The translations under genes and the position numbers were made by a program. Positions 25,428 to 35,447 of a stretch of 64,000 nt of DNA are shown here, one piece after another (position 1 is the first letter of the stretch; each line of letters begins with the position of its first letter). The notes under the pieces are model-generated. The model saw only the letters and a list, made by a program, of their open reading frames with translations, was not told the DNA's origin and made no database searches. The stretch is taken from positions 1,102 to 65,101 of the forward strand of contig DWYP01000018.1 of the NCBI GenBank assembly GCA_019118605.1, written 5' to 3'. The DNA comes from Candidatus Alistipes faecavium. Its GTDB lineage: Bacteria > Bacteroidota > Bacteroidia > Bacteroidales > Rikenellaceae.

Positions 25428-26696
25428 TTACAGTTCCTCGCACTGAACCTTGATGTTCAGGTAAACCGGCTTGCCGAAGAGCTCCTCGGCAAGTTCCTGG
25501 TCGATGCGTCCGTCAACGAAGGTGTCCTTGTCGTCGTAGATCTGCGAGATGTACATCAGGCCGTAGTAGTAAACCGGATTCTCATCGGTTCCGCGCTTCG
25601 AGCGGCAGATGATGTAGTCTCCGGCGCGGAAGTTCTCCTCCAGGGCGGCCGTAGCCTTCTGTCCGGCGTTGGTCCAGCGGCGCAGGTAGGTCTGGAGCGT
25701 CAGGCTCGTGGGGTTGTCGATCTCTCCGAGGGTGCTGTTGTCCAGGTCGCGCTGGAGGGCTCCCAGCTGGTAGAAGGCGCGCATCTTGTCGGCCGTGGTC
25801 GAAGCCTCGGAGTCGATGCTGATGAAGAGCTTGTCGATGTAGGTGTAGAGCTCGGCGTTGTAGTCCTCGCCGATCCACGACCCTGCAATGCGATAGAACT
25901 GGAAGTCATAGTCGATGTTCTCGTCCTTGATTCCGTGTCCGTCCACCTCGTAGAGGTCGCACTGACGGCCCGTCGTACCGCCGCCCAGGGACGATGCGCG
26001 CAGCGAGCTGAACATGTAGCCGCGCTGTCCGCCGATGTAGGCGTTGTTCTTGGTGTTCTGGAGCACGTTCAGGAAGCACATGCTGCCGTTCTTGCCGTCA
26101 ACGGCACGCAGCTCCGAGAGGGAGAGGATGTGCTGTACCTCGCCGTTGACCTCCACGCCGTGCATCGAGAAGAACGACTTCGTGTCGGAACCGGCTCCGG
26201 TGCCCTCGTTGGGATAGGTCTCGGGATCGTTGTCATGCGTGGCGACCTTGTAGTCGGCATACAGCGCGGCGGTCTCGTTCATCCATACCGTACCCTTCGA
26301 CTCACCCGTTACGCTGCTGACGGGATAGTAGGTCGTGCAGCTGAGGTCTCCGGCATAGAGCACCACCTCGAGGGCCGTGATCTCCTTCGAGTCGGGGAAG
26401 AAGAGAAAGTCGATTCCGTTGTTTGCGATTTCGAACTCCTGCGGGTCTCCGACTGCCGTGTAGGCGCCTTCGGAACCCTTGACACCCGTTACGCAACCTC
26501 CGGTGAGGGTGTTCTGGGTCTCGATCGAGGCCTTGATGCTGACGGGCTCTCCGTATACGAGCGCCGAGGGAATCTCTTCCGAAAGGGTAATGGTGGCCTC
26601 GAAGGTCGTGGGTTCCGCTTCGTTTTTGTCGTTCCCGCACGAGGTGGCGGCAAAGGCAAGCAGCATGGATGCTGCGAACATAGATAACTTTTTCAT
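25428..26696 (-). CDS. surface lipoprotein of unknown function (422 aa)
   Basis: Lipobox FAATSC followed by GNDKNEAEP. I recognise no catalytic motif. Codon bias is coding-like and its position in the PUL is typical of SusE/F-like or novel proteins. Confidence 0.8.
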   Translation of the reverse strand: MKKLSMFAASMLLAFAATSCGNDKNEAEPTTFEATITLSEEIPSALVYGEPVSIKASIETQNTLTGGCVTGVKGSEGAYTAVGDPQEFEIANNGIDFLFFPDSKEITALEVVLYAGDLSCTTYYPVSSVTGESKGTVWMNETAALYADYKVATHDNDPETYPNEGTGAGSDTKSFFSMHGVEVNGEVQHILSLSELRAVDGKNGSMCFLNVLQNTKNNAYIGGQRGYMFSSLRASSLGGGTTGRQCDLYEVDGHGIKDENIDYDFQFYRIAGSWIGEDYNAELYTYIDKLFISIDSEASTTADKMRAFYQLGALQRDLDNSTLGEIDNPTSLTLQTYLRRWTNAGQKATAALEENFRAGDYIICRSKRGTDENPVYYYGLMYISQIYDDKDTFVDGRIDQELAEELFGKPVYLNIKVQCEEL

Positions 26697-26748
26697 TTGA
26701 GTGTTTGTTTAGTGGTGATTAGTGTATGTTTGGAAATGTATTGTCGTT

Positions 26749-27516
26749 TCAACGAATCGTAACCTCCGAGAGCACGGGGAAATGATCCGAGAGCCGGCTG
26801 TCGGTGCACCGCTTCGTGGCGTTCAGACGGATAGGGTCGCTTCCGCGGTAAAAGATGTGGTCGATTTTGATCTCCGCATCCTTGACCGGATAAGTCGGCT
26901 CGGCGTTCGTCAGCGGCATCCAGCCGTTCGAGGTCAGGCGCCGGATCTCCCGGGTGTCGGGCTCGGCGTTCATGTCCCCGGCCAGGAAGGTCGGGTGGGG
27001 AGCCTGCGCGAAGTAGGCGTTGATGAATCCCGCCTGTTCGTAACGCGCCTCGGGAGTGCTGACCTCCAGGTGTGTGCACGCAAAGGTCACGATGCGCTTG
27101 TCGGGCATCTCGACGTCGACCACGAGCATGACGCGCTGTTCGGCCTTCCCGTCCTGCGGGAGCAGCACCCTCTCGGATCGCAGGATCGGGTATTTGCTCA
27201 GGATGCCGATTCCGTAATACCCGCCCTTGTAGTCGAGGGCCTTGCCGTAGGCGGTGAACATGCCCGTCGCGCTGCCCAGCTCGTTGACGAACCGCACGTG
27301 GTGCTGCTGCGGGGCGCGTTCGCGCTGCGTGTCCCAGTCGCACTCCTGCAGGGCGACCAGGTCGGGCTGCTGGCTGGCGATGTATTCTCCGATCTGCTTC
27401 ATGGAGGCGATCTCTCCGAAGCGGAGGTTGTAGCTCATGATGCGCAGGTCGAGCTCCTGGGCCGCGGAGGCTCCGTGGAGCATCAGCGCGGAGAGAAGTA
27501 TCAGAATGTGTTTCAT
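26749..27516 (-). CDS. small secreted EEP-fold phosphodiesterase/nuclease-like protein (paralog 2)
   Basis: 255 aa with an SPI signal. Carries IMSYNLRFG, LVALQECDW, FACTHLEV, LAGDMNAEPD, IDHIF and LSDHFPV, which match the EEP catalytic pattern. Confidence 0.88.
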   Translation of the reverse strand: MKHILILLSALMLHGASAAQELDLRIMSYNLRFGEIASMKQIGEYIASQQPDLVALQECDWDTQRERAPQQHHVRFVNELGSATGMFTAYGKALDYKGGYYGIGILSKYPILRSERVLLPQDGKAEQRVMLVVDVEMPDKRIVTFACTHLEVSTPEARYEQAGFINAYFAQAPHPTFLAGDMNAEPDTREIRRLTSNGWMPLTNAEPTYPVKDAEIKIDHIFYRGSDPIRLNATKRCTDSRLSDHFPVLSEVTIR

Positions 27517-27523
27517 GTCGGAA

Positions 27524-28345
27524 TCAGAGTTTTTCGATGGACACGGAGTAGCAGGGCAGGGTCGCCAGGGTTCCGGGGTCGATCGTGCGGCATACGTACC
27601 CCACGGGGGTCAGGACGAGCAGGTCGTAGTCCGAAGACTTGCTCCCGGCGAACGCGATGCGGTAGTTGCGCAGGTTGTATTTCAGCCATTCGGCAACCTC
27701 CTCCTTGATGGATTCGCGGATCGATCCCACGACGATTCCCGAGGTCTGGAGCTGGCTGCTCCGCCCGGCGACGAGCGTCTCGATCTGCTCCTGGGTGTCG
27801 AAGCGCGTGGTGTAGAGGGTCACGGTCGCGGGCTGCGACAGCGGCGCCGAGACGGTGCATCCGGAGATCTTGAGCGGCCCTTCCCACACGGCGTCGATCT
27901 CGCTGGCCTGGTTGCGCGTGACGATTCCTGTTCCCTGCACATGGTCCGAGGTCTCCTCGGTCTGCACGAAATAGGAGAAGCTCCGCGTGGCGAGGCCGAT
28001 CTCCACCTGCGGAAGCGGCTCCCCGAGCCGGAAGTCCGCACGCTCGAAGAGGTACATCAGCACCTCCTCTGTCGAGGGGCTGATCCAGTCGGCAACGTCC
28101 GCGGGGTCGACGTTCCCGAAGAGCGTTTCGTCGCTGAGCGTCGTCAGCACGCGCAACTGCAGAAGGTTGCTGCTGTTGACCTCCTCCGGAGGCTCGGGAG
28201 CGACGTATTCCGTATTTTCGTTCCCGCCGTCGCCGTCGCCCGGGTCGGGCCCCGGTGCGGGCTCCTCCGAAGAGGAGGATTCCCCGCAGGCCGCCAGGAG
28301 CGCCACGGCCCCGAACAGCCATATGAATGATCTTTTCAGTTTCAT
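27524..28345 (-). CDS. surface lipoprotein of unknown function (273 aa)
   Basis: Lipobox LLAAC followed by a Ser/Glu/Pro/Gly/Asp-rich linker (GESSSSEEPAPGPDPGDGDGG). Sandwiched 3 and 7 nt from the two EEP genes. Confidence 0.8.
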   Translation of the reverse strand: MKLKRSFIWLFGAVALLAACGESSSSEEPAPGPDPGDGDGGNENTEYVAPEPPEEVNSSNLLQLRVLTTLSDETLFGNVDPADVADWISPSTEEVLMYLFERADFRLGEPLPQVEIGLATRSFSYFVQTEETSDHVQGTGIVTRNQASEIDAVWEGPLKISGCTVSAPLSQPATVTLYTTRFDTQEQIETLVAGRSSQLQTSGIVVGSIRESIKEEVAEWLKYNLRNYRIAFAGSKSSDYDLLVLTPVGYVCRTIDPGTLATLPCYSVSIEKL

Positions 28346-28348
28346 GGG

Positions 28349-29137
28349 TTATTCCGATTCATAGGTTAGGTCGGCAATCAGGCAGCAGTGGTCCGACAGC
28401 CCGGGCTGGGCGTCGACCTTGAAGAGCGAGCAGCTCCAGTTCTTCGGGAAGCCCATGATGTAGTCCAGGCGCCGGTTGGGGCCGCTCGAGGGGATGGTGA
28501 AGTCGGTCGTTCCGCCGAGGTTCTGCCAGTTGATCCGCGCATAGGCCACCGTATTGCTTTCGGGCGTGGCGTTGAAGTCCCCCGCGATGAGGGTGGGGAC
28601 GTCGGGCTCCTTGAGCAGCTCGGAGTTGTAGTCGGCGATGTTCTTGACCCTCAGGTCTTCCGACTCTACGGCCAGATGCACCGATGCCACGCGTACGGTG
28701 TTTCCGTCGGGCAGCTGGACATAGATCCATCCGCAGGCCCGGGGCTCCTTGGCTCCGTCGGGCTCGGAGATGACCTTCCCGGCCCGGTAATAGGGGTATT
28801 TGCTGATGACCGCCACGCCGAAGCCTCCGCCCTGGTAGACGAACGACTGGCTGTAGTAGGGGAACATGTTGAGCCCCGAAGCGATCTCCGTGAGCAGATC
28901 CTTGTTGCCGTTGCGGGTCGTGAAGTTGTCCATCTCCTGCAGCACGATCACGTCGGGATCGTACTGGCGGATGAAATCCACGTAGGGCTGCGCCTTGTAG
29001 CCGGCATAGGATCCACCCTCCTTCATGTTGATCGACATCAGCCTCAACGACAGGCTCTTCTGGGCCAGTATGGTTTGCGGGAGCGCCGTGAAGCACACGA
29101 ACGCCGAGAGGATTCCGATAAGTCGTTTCATGGTCAT
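28349..29137 (-). CDS. small secreted EEP-fold phosphodiesterase/nuclease-like protein (paralog 1)
   Basis: 262 aa. Carries LMSINMKEG, VIVLQEMDN, ASVHLAV, IAGDFNATPE, LDYIM and LSDHCCL. An alternative ATG at 29131 gives MKRLIGIL. Confidence 0.88.
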   Translation of the reverse strand: MTMKRLIGILSAFVCFTALPQTILAQKSLSLRLMSINMKEGGSYAGYKAQPYVDFIRQYDPDVIVLQEMDNFTTRNGNKDLLTEIASGLNMFPYYSQSFVYQGGGFGVAVISKYPYYRAGKVISEPDGAKEPRACGWIYVQLPDGNTVRVASVHLAVESEDLRVKNIADYNSELLKEPDVPTLIAGDFNATPESNTVAYARINWQNLGGTTDFTIPSSGPNRRLDYIMGFPKNWSCSLFKVDAQPGLSDHCCLIADLTYESE

Positions 29138-29144
29138 GTGTCGT

Positions 29145-30836
29145 TTAGTCCCATCCGGGGTTGTTGGGCAGCAGGTTGGGGTTGAGCTGCGACTGCTTGA
29201 ACGGTACGGAGAGCAGGTAGTGCTTCGGGTCGACGAACGTGCGGCCGGTCTCGATCACCAGGTACTCTTCGCCGTTGACGCTCTTCCATGTCAGGTCGTC
29301 GAGGTCGATCGACAGACGCGAGGGATCGAGCCAGCTGCGCTTCACGCCCAGCAGGTCTTCGCCCAGCAGCGGCCCCTGCTTCCAGCGGATGATGTCGAAA
29401 TAGCGGTGTCCCTCGAAGAAGAGCTCCACGCGGCGCTCGCGGCGGATCTCGGTGCGCAGGTCCGAACCCTGCGGGAGCTTGCTCAGCTCGAGGTGCACCA
29501 TGCCGACGCGGTCGCGCAGCTTGTTGATGGTCTTGTCGATGTCGTCCTGCGTCACGTTCCCGAGCTGCTCCTTGGCCTCGATGTAGTTGAGCAGCACCTC
29601 GGCATAGCGCAGGATGATGATGTCGTTGTCGTCGTGTCCGACCGACCCCACGGTGCTCGGCTCCACGTACTTGCGCAGGTAGTATCCCGAATAGGTCATG
29701 CAGCCCGAGCGCATGTTGACAAGCAGCGGGTAGGTGAACAGCTGCGGGTCGGTGTTGTTCACATCGCCTCCGATGCCGCCCTCCCAGGGGGTGTTGGGCT
29801 GGAGGATCGACTGCGTCATGCGGGGGTCGCGGTGCTCGAAGACCTCCTCGTAGGTCGATACCGACGCGGGATCCCAGATCTCGCCCTCGTCGGTCAGATA
29901 CGACTCGATGGTCGACTTCGTGGGCACGAAACGCGAATAGTCGTTCGGCACCCAGATCTCGCGCGAGAGGTTGTGCGACGTGCGGGCGTCCTCGCCGAGC
30001 TCGTAGTTGTAGACGAAGGCCAGCAGGGTCTCGTGGTTCGCGGCGTTGCGCGAGGCGCGTCCGGTGTAGTTGAACAGGTTCGTATAGTCCGCGTCGGGAT
30101 TGCCCGTGGAGTAGAGACCGTAGTATGTGGAGGCCATGGCCCGCTCGGCGGCGTTCACGGCGTCGGCATACCGCTCGTTGTAGAGGTAGATGCGCGAGAG
30201 CAGCGCCAGGGCCGCGGTCTGCGACACGCGCCCGAACTCGTCGCTCCCGGCCTCGATGTACTCCGGAAGTGCGAGGTAGTGCTCCTCGAGGTCCTTCGTG
30301 ATGGCGTCGATGACATCCGCCCGCTTGTCGCGCCCGCGGTACACGTCCGGGGAGTCGACGTTCAGCTCGTCGGTGATGTAGGGCACGTCGCCGAAGTAGG
30401 AGGTGAGCATCCAGTAGTTGTAGGCGCGGTAGAAGTAGGCCTCGGCGGCGAAGCGCTCCTTGACCTCGTCGCTGACGTTCACGGCGCGCTTGTAGTTGTT
30501 CAGATAGTAGTTCGTGCGTCCGATGTAGGTGTAGGACTCCGTCCAGATGGTGTTGATCTGGCTGATGTCGGTGGCGTAGTTGCCGCCTCCGATGGTGCGG
30601 AATGCCGTGGTCACGGCCCACGGGGCGCTCTCGGCCATGGCTTCGGTCATGTTGAGCCAGTATTTTCCGCGCAGCGACCCGGTAAAGGTGTTTGCGACGC
30701 TTTTGACGTGCTCCTCGGTCTGCCAGAAGTTTTCGTCCGTGATCTGGTCGAGCGGGTAGCGGTCCAGGAAGGCATCGTTGCAGGAGCCTGCGAGCAGGCC
30801 CGTCAGGCAGAGGCTGTATAATAATAATCTTTTCAT
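29145..30836 (-). CDS. susD: SusD/RagB family outer-membrane lipoprotein
   Basis: MKRLLLYSLCLTGLLAGSCNDAFLDRYPLDQITDENFW is a typical SusD N-terminus, with TPR-like helices and C-terminal RWKQG...NPGW. ATG confirmed at 30836. Confidence 0.92.
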   Translation of the reverse strand: MKRLLLYSLCLTGLLAGSCNDAFLDRYPLDQITDENFWQTEEHVKSVANTFTGSLRGKYWLNMTEAMAESAPWAVTTAFRTIGGGNYATDISQINTIWTESYTYIGRTNYYLNNYKRAVNVSDEVKERFAAEAYFYRAYNYWMLTSYFGDVPYITDELNVDSPDVYRGRDKRADVIDAITKDLEEHYLALPEYIEAGSDEFGRVSQTAALALLSRIYLYNERYADAVNAAERAMASTYYGLYSTGNPDADYTNLFNYTGRASRNAANHETLLAFVYNYELGEDARTSHNLSREIWVPNDYSRFVPTKSTIESYLTDEGEIWDPASVSTYEEVFEHRDPRMTQSILQPNTPWEGGIGGDVNNTDPQLFTYPLLVNMRSGCMTYSGYYLRKYVEPSTVGSVGHDDNDIIILRYAEVLLNYIEAKEQLGNVTQDDIDKTINKLRDRVGMVHLELSKLPQGSDLRTEIRRERRVELFFEGHRYFDIIRWKQGPLLGEDLLGVKRSWLDPSRLSIDLDDLTWKSVNGEEYLVIETGRTFVDPKHYLLSVPFKQSQLNPNLLPNNPGWD

Positions 30837-30873
30837 GTTTCGAACGATGTGTGTGTTTGGTTGATTCATGCTG

Positions 30874-33800
30874 CTACTTGAAGGAGATGTTCAGTCCGAA
30901 GACGAACGTCTTGACCTGCGGATAGTATCCGCCGCTCGAGACCGGGGTCTCGGGGTCGTAGGCGTAGAAGAAGTCGCTCTTCGTGAAGAGGTTGTCGATG
31001 GAGACGTAGAAGCGGCAGTTGTTGATGTGCGCCTTCGATACCCACTTCTTCGGCAGCGTATATCCGATCTGGATGTTCTTCAGACGCAGGTACGAGGCAT
31101 CCTCGAGCCAGAAGGTCGAGAAGGTGCTCTGGTTGAAGCTCGTGTTGTAGGTCAGACGCGGGTAGGAGGCGTTCGGATCGGGGTTGTTGACCACGTGATA
31201 GCGCTCCAGGTGCACCTTCTGGGGGTACCCGGCCTGATCCTGGAAGGCGTGGCGGGCGCTTCCCGTGAGGTATCCGTCGCACTTGCCCACACCCTGCAGC
31301 ATGAAGCTGAAGTCCAGGTTCCGCCAGGCGAGGTTGCCGCGCAGGCTGTAGGTGTAGCGGGGGATGTTGCTCCCGATGACCACGCGGTCGTACTCGGGCG
31401 AGATGCGTCCGTCGGGCACTCCGTCGGGGCCGCTGATGTCCATGTACTTGATGTCGCCGGGCTCATAGTCGTAACCCGTTACCACGGGGATGTTGGGAAG
31501 CTCGTACTTCTGCGTCGCCTCGTCGTAGAGGTCGAAATCCTCGGGCATCATGAGCCCCGTTGCGATGTATCCGTAGAATGCATCGATCGGGTCGCCCACG
31601 CGGCGGATCTGGTAGCCGCTCAGGTCGGCGGTCGTGTCGCCCAGGGAGGTGATCTTGTTCTTCACGTCCGAGAGGTTGAAGCCGATGCCGTAGGAGATCT
31701 CCCCGATGCGGTCCTGCCAGTTGATGTCGATCTCCCAGCCGCGGTTGTTCACCGATCCGAGGTTCTCCTCGGGCCAGTCGGAGCCGATCTGTGCGGGGTA
31801 GGTGCGTTTGAGCAGCGTGCGGTCGGTGTTCTTGTCATACCAGTCGAAGGTCAGCGACAGGCGGTTGTTGAAGAACGACGCGTCGATACCGATGTCGAGC
31901 ATCTTGATCTGCTCCCACGTCAGGTTGGGGTTCGCGAGGATGCTCTGGATGTATCCCGTCGTGGCGTTGCCGCCGATGAGCGAGATGCCCGAGGAGTAGG
32001 TCTCCAGCACGCCCAGATAGGGGTAGTTCGACGATCCGACATACTGGTTTCCGAGCATTCCGTACGAAGCGCGGAGCTTGAGGTTGTCCACCACGCGGCG
32101 CGTTGCGGCCATGAACGACTCCTCCGAGAGGCGCCATCCTGCGGAGAACGACGGGAACCATCCTCCGCGGTTGTCCTTGTGGAAGCGCGACGAGAGGTCG
32201 TAGCGGAGATTCATCTCGAGCAGGTAGCGCTCGTCGAAATTGTAGCTCAGGCGTCCGAATCCCGAACGCAGGGCCCATTGCGTGGCGTCGGAGTCGTTGC
32301 TCATCGTCGAGGCGTCGCCGAGGTTGAGCGTCGGATCCTTTTCGGTGGAGAGGTTGTTGCGCGAGGCCTCGAAGTTCCGCTCCACGTAGACCTCCTGCTC
32401 CATGCCGACGACGCCGCTGATGCGGTGCCGGTTGATCGTGTAGTCGAAGTCGGTCTGCAGGATGAGGGTCTGCTGCGTATGGCGGTAGTCGCGGTTCGAG
32501 AGCGAGTTGGGCGAGTTGTAGAGCACCGAGGCTCCGGTATCGGGGTTTACGAAATTGATGGTCTTCTTGAGCGTCTGCCGCAGGGCGTTGTAGGAGGAGT
32601 AGTTGTAGGTGGCCGTGGCGCTCCATCCCTTGAGGATGTTCACCTTCAGGCTCTCGAGCAGCGAAACCTCCTCGACGTCGGTCGAGGTTCTTCCGCCGTC
32701 GGTCAGCACGGCGACCGGGTTGGTGTTGCCGCCTCCGTAAGCCCAGCTTCCGTCGGTGTAGCGCACCGGGACGTTGGGCGCGATGCGCATGGCGTTGTAA
32801 ATCGCGCCGCCGCCGCTCGAGAGCGACGTCAGCGGGGAGGTGATGTTGCGGATGGTGTATCCGATGTTGGAGGAGAGGGTGATGATCTTGGCGATCTTCG
32901 TGTCCATCTTGTAGCGGATGTTGTGGCGCTGCTCGCCCGTGGAGTTCCCGACGGTCAGACCGTCCTGGTCGAAGTAGCGGTAGCTGAGGCGGTATCCCGT
33001 CTCACCGAACGATCCGACGACCGAGGCTCCGTAGCTCTGCTGCAGGGCGTGGTCCTTGATTACCTCGTCGACCCAGTTCGTATTGGCGTAGAGATTGGGC
33101 ATCGTGCCGTTCGTCACGGCGTCGAACTGCTCCTGGTTCCAGGCCGTGGAGACTCCGATGTTCGTGCGGGCCTCGTTGTCGAGGGTCATGTACTCGATGG
33201 CGTCGCACATCTCCGGAAGGCGCGTGGGGGTCTGGATGCCCATGTAGGCGTCGAAGGTGATCTGCGGCTCGGTGTTTCCCGCGAGTTTGCGCGTGGTGAC
33301 CAGCAGGACGCCGTTGGCGCCGCGGGCTCCGTAGATCGAGGCCGAGGCGGCATCCTTGAGCACCGAGACGCTCTCGATGTCGTCGGGGTTGATCGACGTG
33401 ATGTCGCCCTCGACGCCGTCGACCAGGATCAGCGGGTTGGAGTTGCCGATCGTACCGATACCGCGGATGCGGATGGTCGTATTCGCGTTGCCGGGCTGTG
33501 CCGTGGAGTTGATGACCGTCACGCCGGGGAGCAGGCCCTGGAGTCCGCTCGAAAAGGTCGCCATGGGGCGCGAGGCGATGTCCTCGCTCGAGATGGCCGA
33601 GACCGAACCCGTGAGGTTGACCTTCTTCTGCACGCCGTATCCTACGACCACGACGTCCTCGAGCACCTGCGTGTCGTTTTCGAGTACGATGTTGAGTTCG
33701 GTCTGCGCGCCGATCTGCACCTCCTGACGGTCATATCCCAGGAAGGAGAACTGCAGGGTCTGACCCGGGGCCGCTTCGATGGAGAAGGCCCCGTTGACGT

Positions 33801-34287
33801 CGGTGACCACGCCGCGGCTGGTGCCCTTGACGATGACGCTCGCGCCGATGATCGGCTCTCCGGTGGAGGATTTCACCACTCCGGTGATATGCCCCGGGGC
33901 AGCCTGTGCCGCCGCTGCGGCCTTCCCTTCCGGGAGGGGTTTCACGACGATGCGCTTTCCCTCGATGGCGGCCGTGAGCCGCTGTGCGGCCAGCACACGG
34001 TTGACGACGTCGATGACCTTCTCGTTCGAGGCCCGGACGTTCACCGGGAGGGTCAGGTCTATTTCGTTGTTGTTGTACGCGAAGGTGTAGCCGCTCAGCT
34101 GCTCGACCTGTTCGATGAAGTCCTTGACGGAACTCTTCTCCCCGGCCATGTTCAGGGAGATCGTCTTGTCCTGAGCTTCGGCCGGGAGCAGCGCGAAGAG
34201 AGCCAACACGAGTGCAATGATCGACTTCCGCACGGACAAGGCCGTGCCGGAGGCTTTCCAGCGTTGGGATTGTTTCATGTCTGTCAT
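30874..34287 (-). CDS. susC: SusC/RagA TonB-linked transporter with an N-terminal STN signalling domain
   Basis: 1137 aa. An STN-like segment (VKDFIEQVEQLSGYTFAYNN...) precedes the carboxypeptidase-regulatory-like domain. TonB box is EDVVVVGYG. Plug and barrel follow, and the protein ends FGLNISFK. Confidence 0.93.
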   Translation of the reverse strand: MTDMKQSQRWKASGTALSVRKSIIALVLALFALLPAEAQDKTISLNMAGEKSSVKDFIEQVEQLSGYTFAYNNNEIDLTLPVNVRASNEKVIDVVNRVLAAQRLTAAIEGKRIVVKPLPEGKAAAAAQAAPGHITGVVKSSTGEPIIGASVIVKGTSRGVVTDVNGAFSIEAAPGQTLQFSFLGYDRQEVQIGAQTELNIVLENDTQVLEDVVVVGYGVQKKVNLTGSVSAISSEDIASRPMATFSSGLQGLLPGVTVINSTAQPGNANTTIRIRGIGTIGNSNPLILVDGVEGDITSINPDDIESVSVLKDAASASIYGARGANGVLLVTTRKLAGNTEPQITFDAYMGIQTPTRLPEMCDAIEYMTLDNEARTNIGVSTAWNQEQFDAVTNGTMPNLYANTNWVDEVIKDHALQQSYGASVVGSFGETGYRLSYRYFDQDGLTVGNSTGEQRHNIRYKMDTKIAKIITLSSNIGYTIRNITSPLTSLSSGGGAIYNAMRIAPNVPVRYTDGSWAYGGGNTNPVAVLTDGGRTSTDVEEVSLLESLKVNILKGWSATATYNYSSYNALRQTLKKTINFVNPDTGASVLYNSPNSLSNRDYRHTQQTLILQTDFDYTINRHRISGVVGMEQEVYVERNFEASRNNLSTEKDPTLNLGDASTMSNDSDATQWALRSGFGRLSYNFDERYLLEMNLRYDLSSRFHKDNRGGWFPSFSAGWRLSEESFMAATRRVVDNLKLRASYGMLGNQYVGSSNYPYLGVLETYSSGISLIGGNATTGYIQSILANPNLTWEQIKMLDIGIDASFFNNRLSLTFDWYDKNTDRTLLKRTYPAQIGSDWPEENLGSVNNRGWEIDINWQDRIGEISYGIGFNLSDVKNKITSLGDTTADLSGYQIRRVGDPIDAFYGYIATGLMMPEDFDLYDEATQKYELPNIPVVTGYDYEPGDIKYMDISGPDGVPDGRISPEYDRVVIGSNIPRYTYSLRGNLAWRNLDFSFMLQGVGKCDGYLTGSARHAFQDQAGYPQKVHLERYHVVNNPDPNASYPRLTYNTSFNQSTFSTFWLEDASYLRLKNIQIGYTLPKKWVSKAHINNCRFYVSIDNLFTKSDFFYAYDPETPVSSGGYYPQVKTFVFGLNISFK

Positions 34288-34354
34288 TTTAAGTTTGTAA
34301 ATTGTAGTCAGGTGGATTGGCGGATTGTCGGGCCTTTCGGGGCCGTGTTGCCGG

Positions 34355-35347
34355 TCAGTGGTAGATACGGATATAGCGGTCGTTGATCCGGCGGTATCGC
34401 AGGTTGGCGAGTGTCGTCGTAAGGTCGAGCGTCGTTTCGAGCTTGTCGGCCTCGAGCGTGAAGGAGAGTCCGATCGAGGTGTCGACGTCGGGGTCGACCT
34501 GGAAGCGGATGTTGTAGCGGTGTTCCAGGTCGGTCAGGATGTCCTTCAGCGGGGTGTTTTCGAAGACGATGGAGTCGTTGAGCCAGTTGCAGTAGTTGCT
34601 TGCCGCGACATGTTTGATCGTGAACTGCTGCGAGCGGGTGTCGTAGACGCAGCTCTCGTCGGGGCTGAGCTGCAGGGGGGCGCGCAGCCGGTCGCTGAGG
34701 ATCTCGACGCGGCCGCTGAGCAGCGTGACCTCGTTCGTGCCGAAGGCCTCGACGTTGCAGGCGTTGAAACTTGTCCCGAGGACCTTCACCTGCATTTGCC
34801 CGAGCTCTACGATGAACGGACGCAGCGAATCCTTCCGGACGTTGAAAAAGGCCTCTCCGTCGAGCCGTACGTGGCGCTGTCCCTTTCTGGAAAACTCCTT
34901 GGAGTAGGTCAGCCGGGACTCCGAATTGAGCCATACGACCGTATTGTCGGGCAGCGTGATGCGGCCCTTGCAGTTCTCGGCCGTGACGAAGGTCGTCGTG
35001 GTGCGGGAGGCGGCGAGGTGCCTGACGACGTACAGGTCGGCGATCACGATCCCCGCAACGAGAATGGCCGCAGCCGCGGGCCACATCCGCAGCAGGCGCG
35101 CGCGGAATGTCCTGCGTGCGGGGGCGAGACCCATTTCGGCATGGAGCCTGCGGAGTTTCTGGCCGTAGTTCTGTTTTTCGATGTCGAGCACCTCTGCGGG
35201 GTCGAGGCGGTTCCACTCCTCGTGCAGGAGGGCCTCCTTCTGTTCCGCATCCTTCTCCTCCAGGCACCAGCGCCGGAACATCTCCCGGGCTTTCGGGGGC
35301 ATGGGGTGGTGCAGGAACAACCGGATTATCTTTCTCGAGAGATCCAT
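34355..35347 (-). CDS. FecR-family anti-sigma factor
   Basis: 330 aa with one transmembrane segment (AAAILVAGIVIADLYVV). The periplasmic FecR/DUF4974-like region carries LPDNTVVWLNSESRLTY...LDGEAFFNV. Confidence 0.9.
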   Translation of the reverse strand: MDLSRKIIRLFLHHPMPPKAREMFRRWCLEEKDAEQKEALLHEEWNRLDPAEVLDIEKQNYGQKLRRLHAEMGLAPARRTFRARLLRMWPAAAAILVAGIVIADLYVVRHLAASRTTTTFVTAENCKGRITLPDNTVVWLNSESRLTYSKEFSRKGQRHVRLDGEAFFNVRKDSLRPFIVELGQMQVKVLGTSFNACNVEAFGTNEVTLLSGRVEILSDRLRAPLQLSPDESCVYDTRSQQFTIKHVAASNYCNWLNDSIVFENTPLKDILTDLEHRYNIRFQVDPDVDTSIGLSFTLEADKLETTLDLTTTLANLRYRRINDRYIRIYH

Positions 35348-35417
35348 CTTTGCATGTTTTACAATATAAAGACGGACAACGGCGGCTTATCCCTAAACCG
35401 ATCGGGATTTTTTTTCG

Positions 35418-35447
35418 AAAAAAAGAAAAAATCCGCCTCCGGGGCGG
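35418..35447 (-). terminator. intrinsic-terminator-like element between the sigma and anti-sigma genes
   Basis: The minus strand reads CCGCC-ccgga-GGCGG followed by ATTTTTTCTTTTTTT. The stem is short (5 bp), so this may be only an attenuator. Confidence 0.4.

Noticed and set aside
30868-34386. 1172-aa plus-strand ORF
   Set aside because: It is an antisense shadow of the 1137-aa SusC gene, with the same composition artefact.
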